Shown: positions 26,633 through 35,679 of the stretch, one piece after another
Layout: the number at the start of each line of letters is the position of its first letter
Position numbering within the stretch: position 1 is the stretch's first letter
Assembly (NCBI GenBank): GCA_036649735.1
Contig: JAVWBB010000002.1
Span: 1 to 48,239 of the forward strand
Length of the DNA stretch: 48,239 bases
Direction of reading: 5' to 3'
Origin: Bacilli bacterium
GTDB lineage: Bacteria; Bacillota_I; Bacilli_A; RF39; UBA660
Made by a program: the position numbers and the translations under genes
Notes under the pieces: model-generated
Told to the model about the DNA's origin: nothing
What the model saw: only the letters and a program-made list of their open reading frames with translations
The model's database searches: none

Positions 26633-26708
26633 TGGTGTCCTGTACAAGATTTGAACTTGTGACCCATTGATTAAAAGTCAATTGCTCTACCGACTGAGCT
26701 AACAGGAC
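26633..26708 (-). tRNA. tRNA-Lys (anticodon UUU)
   Basis: GTCCTGTTAGCTCAGTCGGTAGAGCA-ATTGA-CTTTTAA-TCAAT...AGTTCAAATCT...CAGGACACCA. Confidence 0.92.
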
Positions 26709-26727
26709 ATATACTATAATTAAAATT

Positions 26728-26803
26728 TGGCTGCCTCGGGTAGATTCGAACTACCGGGATGTCAGAGTCAAAGTCTGATGCCTTACCACTTGGCTACGAG
26801 GCA
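26728..26803 (-). tRNA. tRNA-Gln (anticodon UUG)
   Basis: TGCCTCGTAGCCAAGTGGTAAGGCA-TCAGA-CTTTGAC-TCTGA...AGTTCGAATCT...CGAGGCAGCCA. It has a U1:A72 pair, as in Bacillus tRNA-Gln. Confidence 0.9.
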
Positions 26804-26813
26804 AAATCCAAGA

Positions 26814-26897
26814 TGGTGGAGGGAGATGGATTCGAACCATCGAACCGTTAGGAACAGATTTACAGTCTGTCGCGTTTAGCCACTTCGCTACCCCTCC
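26814..26897 (-). tRNA. tRNA-Tyr (anticodon GUA)
   Basis: GGAGGGGTAGCGAAGTGGCTAAACGCG-ACAGA-CTGTAAA-TCTGT, then a long variable arm, then GGTTCGAATCC...CCCTCCACCA. Confidence 0.9.
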
Positions 26898-26904
26898 AAA
26901 TATA

Positions 26905-26980
26905 TGGTGCCGAAAACAGGACTTGAACCCGTAACCTATTGATTACAAATCAATTGCTCTACCAATTGAGCTATTTCGGC
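26905..26980 (-). tRNA. tRNA-Thr (anticodon UGU)
   Basis: GCCGAAATAGCTCAATTGGTAGAGCA-ATTGA-TTTGTAA-TCAAT...GGTTCAAGTCC...TTCGGCACCA. Confidence 0.92.
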
Positions 26981-27014
26981 ATTTATTATTTCTTATATAA
27001 TAATCAATAAGTAA

Positions 27015-27091
27015 TGGTGGGCGATGTAGGACTCGAACCTACGACCCTTTGCTTGTAGGGCAAATGCTCTAACCAACTGAGCTAATCGCCC
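27015..27091 (-). tRNA. tRNA-Val (anticodon UAC)
   Basis: GGGCGATTAGCTCAGTTGGTTAGAGCA-TTTGC-CCTACAA-GCAAA-GGGTC-GTAGGTTCGAGTCCTAC-ATCGCCCACCA. As in tRNA-Ala, the loop reads CC before the anticodon, so position 33 appears to be C. Confidence 0.88.
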
Positions 27092-27111
27092 AAAACCTAA
27101 TGACAGTATTA

Positions 27112-27140
27112 AATATACCATTTATAAAAATAATTGTCAA
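27112..27140 (-). promoter_or_regulatory. Strong sigma-A promoter of the 12-tRNA operon
   Basis: Minus strand reads TTGACA, then a 17-nt spacer ending in TGg, then TATATT (extended -10). The -10 element ends about 20 nt upstream of tRNA-Val. Confidence 0.7.
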
Positions 27141-27168
27141 GAAAAGTTAAGTAAAAAATGTAAAGTTT

Positions 27169-27525
27169 TTAATTTTTCTCTGTTTTATTAAGTTTATCAT
27201 GAATCCACTCTGGCAATTTATGCTCTAAAGTATAAAAGCCATAAGGTGTTTCCTTGATAACCGACGATGTCTTTTTATTCATTCTATAATCAATATCCTT
27301 AATTGAAAGTTTAAGCCTTCCCAATTTTTCATCCTCCTCAATTACTTTCACTTTAATAGTATCACCTATTTTAACATAATCATTAATATCACTAACATAC
27401 CCATTGGAAATCTCTGAAATATGGATTAGCCCATTATAATAATCATTTAATCCAATGAAAACCCCATAATTCTCAATTCCTATAACATTTCCTATTAAAA
27501 TTTTGTTTTTTTTATACTTAGACAT
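27169..27525 (-). CDS. S1 RNA-binding domain protein (YugI/GSP13/CvfD-like)
   Basis: A single S1 fold: IGNVIGIENYGVFIGLNDYYNGLIHISEISNGYVSDINDYVKIGDTIKVKVIEEDEKLGRLKLSIKD. The start is set at MSKYKK (ATG 27525), after GGGTGA. Confidence 0.82.
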   Translation of the reverse strand: MSKYKKNKILIGNVIGIENYGVFIGLNDYYNGLIHISEISNGYVSDINDYVKIGDTIKVKVIEEDEKLGRLKLSIKDIDYRMNKKTSSVIKETPYGFYTLEHKLPEWIHDKLNKTEKN

Positions 27526-27564
27526 AATATCACCCACTTATAAAATTATATCACAATTTTAAAT

Positions 27565-28611
27565 TTATTCACAATTAATTTTATCTGCATATTCCTCTAA
27601 TAATAAATTCAATGTTTTGTCACATACTTCATTATATTTATAAATTTTCATTTTAGACACAGTTAATACAAAAAAATCATTAATTTCAAAACCTTTAAAA
27701 TTAGCAATATAATATTTGTTTGCCCACCATTTAGGTACTATAACACTCAAAATATCCACTAATATTTTAATTACTTCTTTTCTATTCTTAATGCTCAAGG
27801 AAAATATGACACTAGTAATTCTTTGCGTGATATGTTTAATAATGATAGCATCAATTTCATTTTTATAAATATTATATATACTCTCATGAACAAATTTTTC
27901 TTTTAAATTCATTAACGGGTAAATTGTATTCTTAATTGCTTCAACATTAGAAACGTCAAGCCCCATTATCGATGATGAAGTATTTCTCCGATAATAATAA
28001 TATACTATTTTATTTATTTCAATCATTTTTCTTGCCTTGTAATATATAAAAGGAACACATTCTAAATCCTCATTAACTCTACTTATTGAATCAAAATAAC
28101 ACAACAAACTATTATGAATTATTTTATCCGTAAGTACACTCGTTTGTACACAAATATTTTTTTTGTTTTTAATAAAATTAATTTCTTTAATTTTGCTTTT
28201 TTTATTATTAACCGATAAAAAAGGAATGTTTTCGTGATATATTTTAAAAGCTCCTTTTACTATTTTAACTTTTCTTTCCTTAGCCACATCATACATAAAC
28301 AAAAAGTTATCATAATTAATTGCGTCATCACTATCTAAAAACGCAATAAATTCACCACTCGCTTCTTTAATACCTCTTCTTCTGGCTTCTGCTGCTCCTT
28401 TATTTTCCTGTTTAAAATAGTGAAATAAAGTTGGGTCTTTAATTAAGTAATCCTTAATTACTTCCTCGCTTTTATCTGTTGAGCCATCATTTACTATTAT
28501 TACCTCAATATCTTCGCTTTTAGCATCATTAAAACTATCAAAGCATCGTTGCAAATATCTTTGTGTATTATAAACGGGAATTATAAAACTAATTTTTTTC
28601 AATTTCTTCAA
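27565..28611 (-). CDS. Family 2 glycosyltransferase
   Basis: ISFIIPVYNTQRYLQRCFDSF ... VIIVNDGSTDKSEEV ... AFLDSDD (DxD) is the classic GT-A/GT2 N-terminal domain. Confidence 0.85.
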   Translation of the reverse strand: MKKLKKISFIIPVYNTQRYLQRCFDSFNDAKSEDIEVIIVNDGSTDKSEEVIKDYLIKDPTLFHYFKQENKGAAEARRRGIKEASGEFIAFLDSDDAINYDNFLFMYDVAKERKVKIVKGAFKIYHENIPFLSVNNKKSKIKEINFIKNKKNICVQTSVLTDKIIHNSLLCYFDSISRVNEDLECVPFIYYKARKMIEINKIVYYYYRRNTSSSIMGLDVSNVEAIKNTIYPLMNLKEKFVHESIYNIYKNEIDAIIIKHITQRITSVIFSLSIKNRKEVIKILVDILSVIVPKWWANKYYIANFKGFEINDFFVLTVSKMKIYKYNEVCDKTLNLLLEEYADKINCE

Positions 28612-29692
28612 CTCTTTTCATAAAATAATGATCAGTCATTCCTGCGATATAATCAATAACAATTATCTTTTTATCATTTTGCAGATATTCTTTAGTTTGT
28701 GATTGTAAAAACACGTTTATACTGCTTTCTTTGTTTTTTTCTATAATGTCTTTTAAATATTTATTAAACATTTTATTAAAACACTTTTTATAATATTCAA
28801 TGTTATCTTTAGAATTAGCTATGGCATAAATGTATTTATAATTGTAATTTTTTAATTCCTTAAGTGCTGTAAAAACATTAGGGCTTAATTTTATATAAGG
28901 TTTATTAATACTTTGCTCTATAATATCTAAAATCAAACTATTAACAATATCTTTATTATTATTTCCTAATATTTCAGTAACATTTTTCGGCAAATCTTCT
29001 CTTTTTAGTAATCCTATATTGATACTATCTTCAATGTCACGCCCAATATATGCAATCATATCTGATATTCTAACAATGCATCCTTCTAAGGTCATTGGGC
29101 ATAATTTCTTTAACACATCCTCATTATTACTTGCTTCATAATATTCATTTAAAAAGATCTCTTTATTTTTCTTTACAGGTTTGTATACGTTTTCTAAAAT
29201 TTCTCCATTATGACACATTATGCCATCCAATACTTCAATCGTTAAATTGTTTTTTTCAATTTCCATATAAGTTCGAACACTTTGTATATTGTGAGCAAAC
29301 ATTTGATTTAATTCACGCATTGAAATTTCATTTAATATTTTTTCGCCCACGTGTCCTAAAGGTGGATGCCCAATATCGTGTCCTAAAGCAATAGCCTCTA
29401 TTAAATCCTCATTTAAATTTAGACCACGCCCAATAGTTCTAGCGATTTTACTAACTAATGTCACATGAATTATTCTTTTAGTTACATGGTCATTATCTAA
29501 ATAAGAAAAAACTTGTGTTTTATCCATATACCTTGTATAAGATAAACTATGAATAATTTTATCAACGTCCCTAAAATAAGCGGTTCTTATATCATCAACC
29601 ATCGGATGCATTCTTACAGCATCAATACTTAAACTGGCAAATTCGCTTAAATTCTTTTCTTTGCTTAAAAAGTTGTTTTTAGCATCATCCAT
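28589..29692 (-). CDS. dGTPase-family (dNTP triphosphohydrolase-like) HD-domain protein
   Basis: FRDVDKIIHSLSYTRYMDKTQVF, HVTLVSKIARTIG, ALGHDIGHPPLGHVGE, ISDMIAYIGRDIED and DYIAGMTDHYF match the conserved blocks of the dgt family. Confidence 0.82.
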   Translation of the reverse strand: MDDAKNNFLSKEKNLSEFASLSIDAVRMHPMVDDIRTAYFRDVDKIIHSLSYTRYMDKTQVFSYLDNDHVTKRIIHVTLVSKIARTIGRGLNLNEDLIEAIALGHDIGHPPLGHVGEKILNEISMRELNQMFAHNIQSVRTYMEIEKNNLTIEVLDGIMCHNGEILENVYKPVKKNKEIFLNEYYEASNNEDVLKKLCPMTLEGCIVRISDMIAYIGRDIEDSINIGLLKREDLPKNVTEILGNNNKDIVNSLILDIIEQSINKPYIKLSPNVFTALKELKNYNYKYIYAIANSKDNIEYYKKCFNKMFNKYLKDIIEKNKESSINVFLQSQTKEYLQNDKKIIVIDYIAGMTDHYFMKRVEEIEKN

Positions 29693-29694
29693 AT

Positions 29695-30873
29695 TTAAAC
29701 CTTCTTTCTCATCATTGAAAATTTTTCTACTTCTTCATCTATTTTTATTTTAATTATTTCCTCAGGATGTCGTGCTACATTAAGCAATTCATATTTTTCA
29801 GTATAAAATTTACCTATTTTCAAACTAATTAATTTACCACTAGGCATAAATATTTCTACTAAATCATTCTTTTTAAAATAATTCCTTTGTATCATTGTAC
29901 ATATTTTAGTTTTCTTATCATAATTGGTAATAAATGCCAAATAATCTTGATTAGATAATTCTCCGCGACCCGTATAATATTGGTCTGTTTCATCAGCCGA
30001 TTTGTTATAATAATGTTCACTATTTTCACGATTAGATACTCTTTCTAAAATAGTATTAGCTTTTATTATTAAATCCGGTGTTAATGTGCCCAAGTAATAA
30101 GCATCTATTATTTTACGGTACGTACCAATCACAGTAGCTAAATAATAAACTGAACGCATTCTGCCTTCTACTTTTAAAGATTTCACTTTAATTTCAATTA
30201 ATGATTGTATGTTGTTAATCATATTTAAATCTTTTGTTGCACACGTAAATTCTTGTTGTTTATGAGGAAAATCAAAAGCAAAACGACATACTTGTGAGCA
30301 ACCACCACGATTTGAATCCCGATTAGTAATGTGGTTTGATAATACACATCTTCCACTATAAAATGTACACATTGCTCCATGTATAAATATCTCTATGTCT
30401 AATTTTGTTTCATCGATTATATCTTTTATTTCATTTTTAGACAATTCACGAGCTAAAACAATGCGATCAACCCCTGCCTTTTTATAAAACTTAGCCGCTT
30501 CTTTATTAGTAACTGATGCTTGGGTAGATAAATGGACTTCAATCTGTGGATATTTTTCTTTTATATATTTAATAATAAATGGATCACTAACAATAAAAGC
30601 ATCAATTCCAACTTCAGCAATTTTTTTGATATAATCTTCTACCCCTATTATATCTTCGTTATGAAAAACTATATTTAATGTCAAATAAACTTTTTTCCCT
30701 AAATTATGAGCAAATGAACAAGCTTCTTTTATTTCTTCAACGCTAAAATTATTAGCATTCGCCCTTAAACTATAGTCTTTTCCACCAATATATACCGCAT
30801 CTGCCCCGTATAATAAAGTTAATTTTAATCTTTCTAAATCACCCGCTGGTGAAAGTAGTTCAATTTTATTCAT
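29695..30873 (-). CDS. yrrO: Peptidase U32 family protein (YrrO/TrhP-type, tRNA ho5U-associated)
   Basis: ELLSPAGDLERLKLTLLYGADAVYIGG ... the Cys-rich GGCSQVCRF motif ... LKVEGRMRS. It is paired with a second U32 gene and an O-methyltransferase, as in the B. subtilis yrrMNO cluster. Confidence 0.85.
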   Translation of the reverse strand: MNKIELLSPAGDLERLKLTLLYGADAVYIGGKDYSLRANANNFSVEEIKEACSFAHNLGKKVYLTLNIVFHNEDIIGVEDYIKKIAEVGIDAFIVSDPFIIKYIKEKYPQIEVHLSTQASVTNKEAAKFYKKAGVDRIVLARELSKNEIKDIIDETKLDIEIFIHGAMCTFYSGRCVLSNHITNRDSNRGGCSQVCRFAFDFPHKQQEFTCATKDLNMINNIQSLIEIKVKSLKVEGRMRSVYYLATVIGTYRKIIDAYYLGTLTPDLIIKANTILERVSNRENSEHYYNKSADETDQYYTGRGELSNQDYLAFITNYDKKTKICTMIQRNYFKKNDLVEIFMPSGKLISLKIGKFYTEKYELLNVARHPEEIIKIKIDEEVEKFSMMRKKV

Positions 30874-31751
30874 TTTTTCACCTTATATATTGTCTTTTTT
30901 TGAAAAAATCCAGTATACCCACTTTTAATTATGTCACTTAATTCTTTCTCTTCTTCACCTTTTTCAATAAATTTATAATTATCTTTAATCAATAAATATT
31001 TATCTAAAACCTTATTAAATAATGAATATGGGATATAATCTTCCACTAATATAAAATAGTCAATATCATTTTCCAACAGCTTAAATATTGCTTTACTAGC
31101 ATCTAATAATTCATGTCGATAAACTATTGTCCCCGCTTTTTCTTCTTTAATAAGCATTTTTATATTACTGCTTTTTTCTGTAATAACGTAATTATTTTTA
31201 AATTTTATTCGTTTTATATCTTTAAAATAATTAGTTAATAACTTTCTCTTAGAATAACTCATTGTTAAATAGCCAAAAACATTTACCATTAATTTCATTG
31301 ATGTTTTCTTTTTGATTTCCACTATTTCGTTAGTTGTAATTTCACTAGATATCAGCGCATATTTACATCCGTTATCATAATAATAATTACAAGCATTATA
31401 ATTAACAACGCAAAATGAATTATTCCATACTAATTCTGTTGATAATTTTAATTCTTCTTTTAATTGTAAAATACTATTATCATAAAATAAGATTCCCTTA
31501 ATTTTTATTTTATCTATTTCTTTTAAAATTTCTTTTAAAGTTTCTAATTCACAATTGTCAATCATTTTATCAATGCTGATGAAAATATTCACATCAGGAT
31601 ATTTATTTTTAATCTTAATTATATCTTTTACACTGAATTTACATTTATAATTAACTGAAAAATCTTTTAATCCTAAAATAAAAGTATTTATCTTTTTTCG
31701 ATAATATTTGTCGATATTGTTTTTCTTTTGTGGAACGACTACCAAAGTCAT
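30870..31751 (-). CDS. yrrN: Peptidase U32 family protein (YrrN-type partner)
   Basis: Size, position and a TIM-barrel-like U32 N-domain character. It overlaps the downstream U32 gene by 4 nt. Confidence 0.7.
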   Translation of the reverse strand: MTLVVVPQKKNNIDKYYRKKINTFILGLKDFSVNYKCKFSVKDIIKIKNKYPDVNIFISIDKMIDNCELETLKEILKEIDKIKIKGILFYDNSILQLKEELKLSTELVWNNSFCVVNYNACNYYYDNGCKYALISSEITTNEIVEIKKKTSMKLMVNVFGYLTMSYSKRKLLTNYFKDIKRIKFKNNYVITEKSSNIKMLIKEEKAGTIVYRHELLDASKAIFKLLENDIDYFILVEDYIPYSLFNKVLDKYLLIKDNYKFIEKGEEEKELSDIIKSGYTGFFQKKTIYKVKK

Positions 31752-31756
31752 TTAAA

Positions 31757-32353
31757 TCACTTCTTTTCTGATAGGGATATTTTATCACCAATATTTAATA
31801 TGGTAGTATTATAATATTTATTTTCTTCTAAATATAATTTAAATTCTCTTATTTTTTTTACTAAAGACCTTAAATTACGACTTTTAATTTCGGCATCATC
31901 TTTATCAACTAATCCGTGAAACCCTAAATTATCTGTAATAATATATCCCCCAGTTATAATATTTTTATCAAATTTTTCAAAAAAATCGATATTTTTTCCT
32001 TTCGCCGCATCTAAAAAAACCAAATCGAATTTACCATCAATTATAACATCAATAGCATCTTTAAAAATCAAAGTTATTCTATTCTCTAAATTTAACTTTT
32101 TTATGTTTTTTACTGCTTCCAAATATCTACCTTCATCTCTTTCGATTGATACAATTTTTAAATTCGGGTTAGCTAAACACATCATAATAGCCGAATATCC
32201 TATAGCTGTTCCTACTTCAATAACATTATTTATATTATTTTGCACTATAAAAGTTGTCAAAAATTTTATTCCTTCATCAACCATTATAGGAATTTTATTA
32301 GCAATGGCATACTGTTTTATTGTTTGAACTTCAGTTAATATATTATCTACCAC
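31757..32353 (-). CDS. trmR: SAM-dependent O-methyltransferase (class I family 3; YrrM/TrmR-like)
   Basis: VIEVGTAIGYSAIMM (SAM motif I), VSIERDE, VFLDAAKG. Synteny mltG-yrrM-yrrN-yrrO. Confidence 0.8.
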   Translation of the reverse strand: MVDNILTEVQTIKQYAIANKIPIMVDEGIKFLTTFIVQNNINNVIEVGTAIGYSAIMMCLANPNLKIVSIERDEGRYLEAVKNIKKLNLENRITLIFKDAIDVIIDGKFDLVFLDAAKGKNIDFFEKFDKNIITGGYIITDNLGFHGLVDKDDAEIKSRNLRSLVKKIREFKLYLEENKYYNTTILNIGDKISLSEKK

Positions 32354-33423
32354 TGTATCCAGTCTCCTCTATCTTTTATTTCTTTAACTACTTGCAAATG
32401 TTCTTTATTAGTTTTAGTAAAAAATACTTTCCCATATTTATCTGCTACAAAAAATAAATAATTATTTTCTTTAGGATTAATTACGGCTTTAATTGTCTTT
32501 TCTCCAACATTACTAACGGGACCAATTGGTAATTTACCTTCCATTTTTGGACCGCGTGTATTGTATAAATTATAAGTATTAAATTCTTTAGCCGATAAAT
32601 CACGTTCACTCATTTCCACTTTAAAAGCATAATAAGTTGTCACGTCGCTGCCTAAATTCATTCCCTGTTTTAAGCGGTTATAAAAAACACGTGCTATATC
32701 TTCACTGTAATTTGATGATGCTCCAGCTTCTAATTCAACCATTGAAGCCATTGTAATTATCTCATGAATAGAGAGTTTACTTGCTTCAATTTCTTTTATA
32801 TAAGTCGTTAAAATTTTATCCGTTTGATTTAACATAATTTCAATTATCTTTTCAACGCTTACATTTTTATTATCAAATTTATATGTCTCTGGAAATAAAT
32901 ATCCTTCCAAAGGATAATAAATATTAGGATTTTTTATTTCTGCTTTTAAAAACCAATATTTACCAATTAAATTATCAATATATGTTACATCAGCAATCTT
33001 ACTTAAAACCTCATCATAAGAATTATTTGTATACTTTTCTATGGTTTTTGCCACTTGCCTTATATTATTGCCTTCTTTAAATGTAACTGAAATCTCATCT
33101 TTGTTATATCCTTTACCTACTTGTAAAATTTTGATAATCTCATCAAATGTCATATTTGGCGACAATAAATAGTTTGCGGCTTTTAAATCATTAATGTTAT
33201 TAATTTTAATATATAGATAAAAGAAAGTATCACTTTTAATTACTTTTTTCTCTTCTAATATATTACTTATTTCTTTGATTGTCGTATTAGGTTTAATATT
33301 AACAAATATATCTTTTTTTTCTTTAGATAAGGGGCTGGTAAAATACATATAAATTGCTCCTAAGGAAATTATTATAATTCCCATTAAAGCAATTAAACCA
33401 ATAATTAAATTCTTATGTTTCAT
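32347..33423 (-). CDS. mltG: Endolytic murein transglycosylase MltG (YceG-like)
   Basis: TM anchor, LEGYLFPETY, ASMVELEA, VFYNRL, LGSDVT. The start is set at MKHKNL (ATG 33423), after AGGAG. Confidence 0.88.
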   Translation of the reverse strand: MKHKNLIIGLIALMGIIIISLGAIYMYFTSPLSKEKKDIFVNIKPNTTIKEISNILEEKKVIKSDTFFYLYIKINNINDLKAANYLLSPNMTFDEIIKILQVGKGYNKDEISVTFKEGNNIRQVAKTIEKYTNNSYDEVLSKIADVTYIDNLIGKYWFLKAEIKNPNIYYPLEGYLFPETYKFDNKNVSVEKIIEIMLNQTDKILTTYIKEIEASKLSIHEIITMASMVELEAGASSNYSEDIARVFYNRLKQGMNLGSDVTTYYAFKVEMSERDLSAKEFNTYNLYNTRGPKMEGKLPIGPVSNVGEKTIKAVINPKENNYLFFVADKYGKVFFTKTNKEHLQVVKEIKDRGDWIQW

Positions 33424-33451
33424 TCTTTTACTCCTGATTAAATAACGAGCA

Positions 33452-33754
33452 TTATTGCTCGTTATTTCCTTCATTACTTTCTGCTTTTTTATTTTTTACC
33501 TCATCTTCTAAAGTTTTTAAAATTGTTTCAACAACTTTCCATTCTTTTTCAGATGTAATCGGCTCTAATTTTGTAGATTCACTAGTGGGATCATAAATAG
33601 AGGCATATACTTGAGTTACCCCTGCTGCATCTTTTTTCCCATCTGTATATACAACATAACTTTTCTTAGTTTCTTCGCTATCAAAAGTAAATAAAGCATC
33701 ACATACTACTTCTTTCCCTAATTCATCTAAAACTGTAAATTTTCCGTTTTCCAT
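33452..33754 (-). CDS. DUF1292/UPF0473 family protein (YrzB-like)
   Basis: FTVLDELGKEVVCDALFTFDSEETKKSYVVYTD ... VYASIYDP is the typical family pattern. It sits between ruvX and mltG. Confidence 0.8.
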   Translation of the reverse strand: MENGKFTVLDELGKEVVCDALFTFDSEETKKSYVVYTDGKKDAAGVTQVYASIYDPTSESTKLEPITSEKEWKVVETILKTLEDEVKNKKAESNEGNNEQ

Positions 33755-33764
33755 TTTTTCTCCT

Positions 33765-34175
33765 TTATATTCTATCTAAAAATGATTGCAAAATTATAAC
33801 AGCGGCCATTTTATCAATCACTTTTTTTCTTTTATTTCGCCTTGTATTATTATTTATCAATATGTCATTCGCACTTTTTGTTGAAAGCCTTTCATCAATT
33901 AAATGAACATTAATTTCTAGTTTTTCTTCTAATTCTTTTTTAAACCAAATTGAAAGTTCTCCCTTTTCCCCAATAGTATTATTCATATTTTTAGGAAACC
34001 CCAAAACAATTTCATCAACTTTATTATCCTTTACCATTTTTTTTATTTCATCAATTAAAAAAGGATAATTATCAACATGATTAACAACAATTAACGGCGT
34101 TGCTATTATTCCAGTAGGATCAGATAATGAAACGCCCATTCTTCTACTTCCTAAATCAATCCCTAAGTATCGCAT
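33765..34175 (-). CDS. ruvX: Holliday junction resolvase-like nuclease RuvX (YqgF/YrrK)
   Basis: MRYLGIDLGSRRMGVSLSD ... IVLGFPKNMNNTIGE ... DERLSTKSA. The start is set at ATG 34175, immediately after the ireB stop. Confidence 0.88.
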   Translation of the reverse strand: MRYLGIDLGSRRMGVSLSDPTGIIATPLIVVNHVDNYPFLIDEIKKMVKDNKVDEIVLGFPKNMNNTIGEKGELSIWFKKELEEKLEINVHLIDERLSTKSANDILINNNTRRNKRKKVIDKMAAVIILQSFLDRI

Positions 34176-34176
34176 A

Positions 34177-34425
34177 TTATTTAGCCATATAATCATTAAG
34201 CAGAATCTCAATAATTTTATTTCTTTCTAAACGTGATATTTTTTGACGTGCCTCTTTATGACTTGTTATAAATCCTGGATCACCACTCATAATATATCCC
34301 ACTAATTGATTAACTGGATTATATCCGCGATCCTTTAAAATATTATAAACATCTTTTAATGTCTCTTTAACAAGTTTTTCATCGAAGTCTTTATAAGTGT
34401 AAAATCTTGTTTTTTCCATCTCCAT
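34177..34425 (-). CDS. ireB: UPF0297/IreB family protein (YrzL)
   Basis: VYNILKDRGYNPVNQLVGYIMSGDPGFITSHKEARQKI matches the conserved IreB core. Confidence 0.85.
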   Translation of the reverse strand: MEMEKTRFYTYKDFDEKLVKETLKDVYNILKDRGYNPVNQLVGYIMSGDPGFITSHKEARQKISRLERNKIIEILLNDYMAK

Positions 34426-34473
34426 ACTAACGCACTTCCTATCTAATTCTATTCTATCAAATATAATGTAATT

Positions 34474-35592
34474 TTACAAAAAGAAATTTAAAATTATCAT
34501 AAATACTGTTAACATAATTGTCATAATAAGACCGTTAATTTTATTGCTTTTGTTACTTTTATATTTAATTCCTAAAGCTGCCGTTATCAAAAATCCCCCC
34601 ACTAGTCCTCCTATATGAGCTGAATTATCAACACCAGTTAACACAAAACCCAATATTAAGTTAAGCACAATCAAAGGAATTATTTGACTTTTCAAAACAT
34701 TTCCCAAAAAAACGCGATAATGATATCCAAAATAAAGAAGTGCCCCTAATAAACCAAATATTCCTCCACTTGCGCCTAAACTAGGAACATTAATAAAGGC
34801 TATAGAAAATAAACTTCCCATAATAATACTGAAAAAATAAACAATTAAATATTTTGTTTTCCCAATATAACTTTCTAATTGACTACCAATAATATTTAAA
34901 GCATACATATTAAATCCCAAGTGCAATATATTAGCGTGTAAAAAGCCACTGGTAAATAATCTATAAAGTTGCCCATTTCTCACATATGGGCCATAATTAG
35001 CAAATAAATTAAAAATTATTTCATCTTTATCAAACATCATAGCAAGAAAAATAACAATATTAATAGCAATTAAAATCCATGTAACAATCGGTTTTTTTAA
35101 AGTAAATACTTCATCTAATTGTTTTGTTGACTCTTGATTTTTATTAGCTATATCATTAGTTATCTTAACAAATAATTGAAGTCCTTTTTCTCTATGCTTT
35201 AATTTTTTATCAATTCCTGGAAAAATTTCCGTTATATGTTTAAAACTTTTAAAATCCTTCACATCTTTTACTTTAATACAATTATCGATCTCACTTAAAA
35301 TTAACTCATCAGACATATCTGTAAAGATTGACAAAATATTCATTTGTAGTGAAAACGTTGTCTTCTTAATTTTTTTTACCAAAGCATTAGCTCTAAACAT
35401 ATCAAAATCCAATTGCTCTTCATTATGAATATAATTAGAGACTATTCTAACAATTTTATAATCGTTATTTAAATTTTCTAACCATATTTCGTTTTCTAAG
35501 CCTTTAATTATTACAGGTATATAATCTGCCTCTGTAATAAAATAATGTAAGAGTGTCATTGTTAATTCATCTTTTTTATTTATATCTTCCAT
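34474..35592 (-). CDS. Rhomboid family intramembrane serine protease (GluP-like, with a cytoplasmic N-terminal domain)
   Basis: FLHANILHLGFNMYAL (HxxxN), the catalytic GASGGIFGL, and the downstream AHIGGLVGG. Confidence 0.85.
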   Translation of the reverse strand: MEDINKKDELTMTLLHYFITEADYIPVIIKGLENEIWLENLNNDYKIVRIVSNYIHNEEQLDFDMFRANALVKKIKKTTFSLQMNILSIFTDMSDELILSEIDNCIKVKDVKDFKSFKHITEIFPGIDKKLKHREKGLQLFVKITNDIANKNQESTKQLDEVFTLKKPIVTWILIAINIVIFLAMMFDKDEIIFNLFANYGPYVRNGQLYRLFTSGFLHANILHLGFNMYALNIIGSQLESYIGKTKYLIVYFFSIIMGSLFSIAFINVPSLGASGGIFGLLGALLYFGYHYRVFLGNVLKSQIIPLIVLNLILGFVLTGVDNSAHIGGLVGGFLITAALGIKYKSNKSNKINGLIMTIMLTVFMIILNFFL

Positions 35593-35679
35593 ATTCTCAA
35601 CTCCAATTTAATATATTATATAATAAATATGCAAATAAATAAAGGAGAGTTTTTTAAAGACTTATAGAAATTAAGAAAA

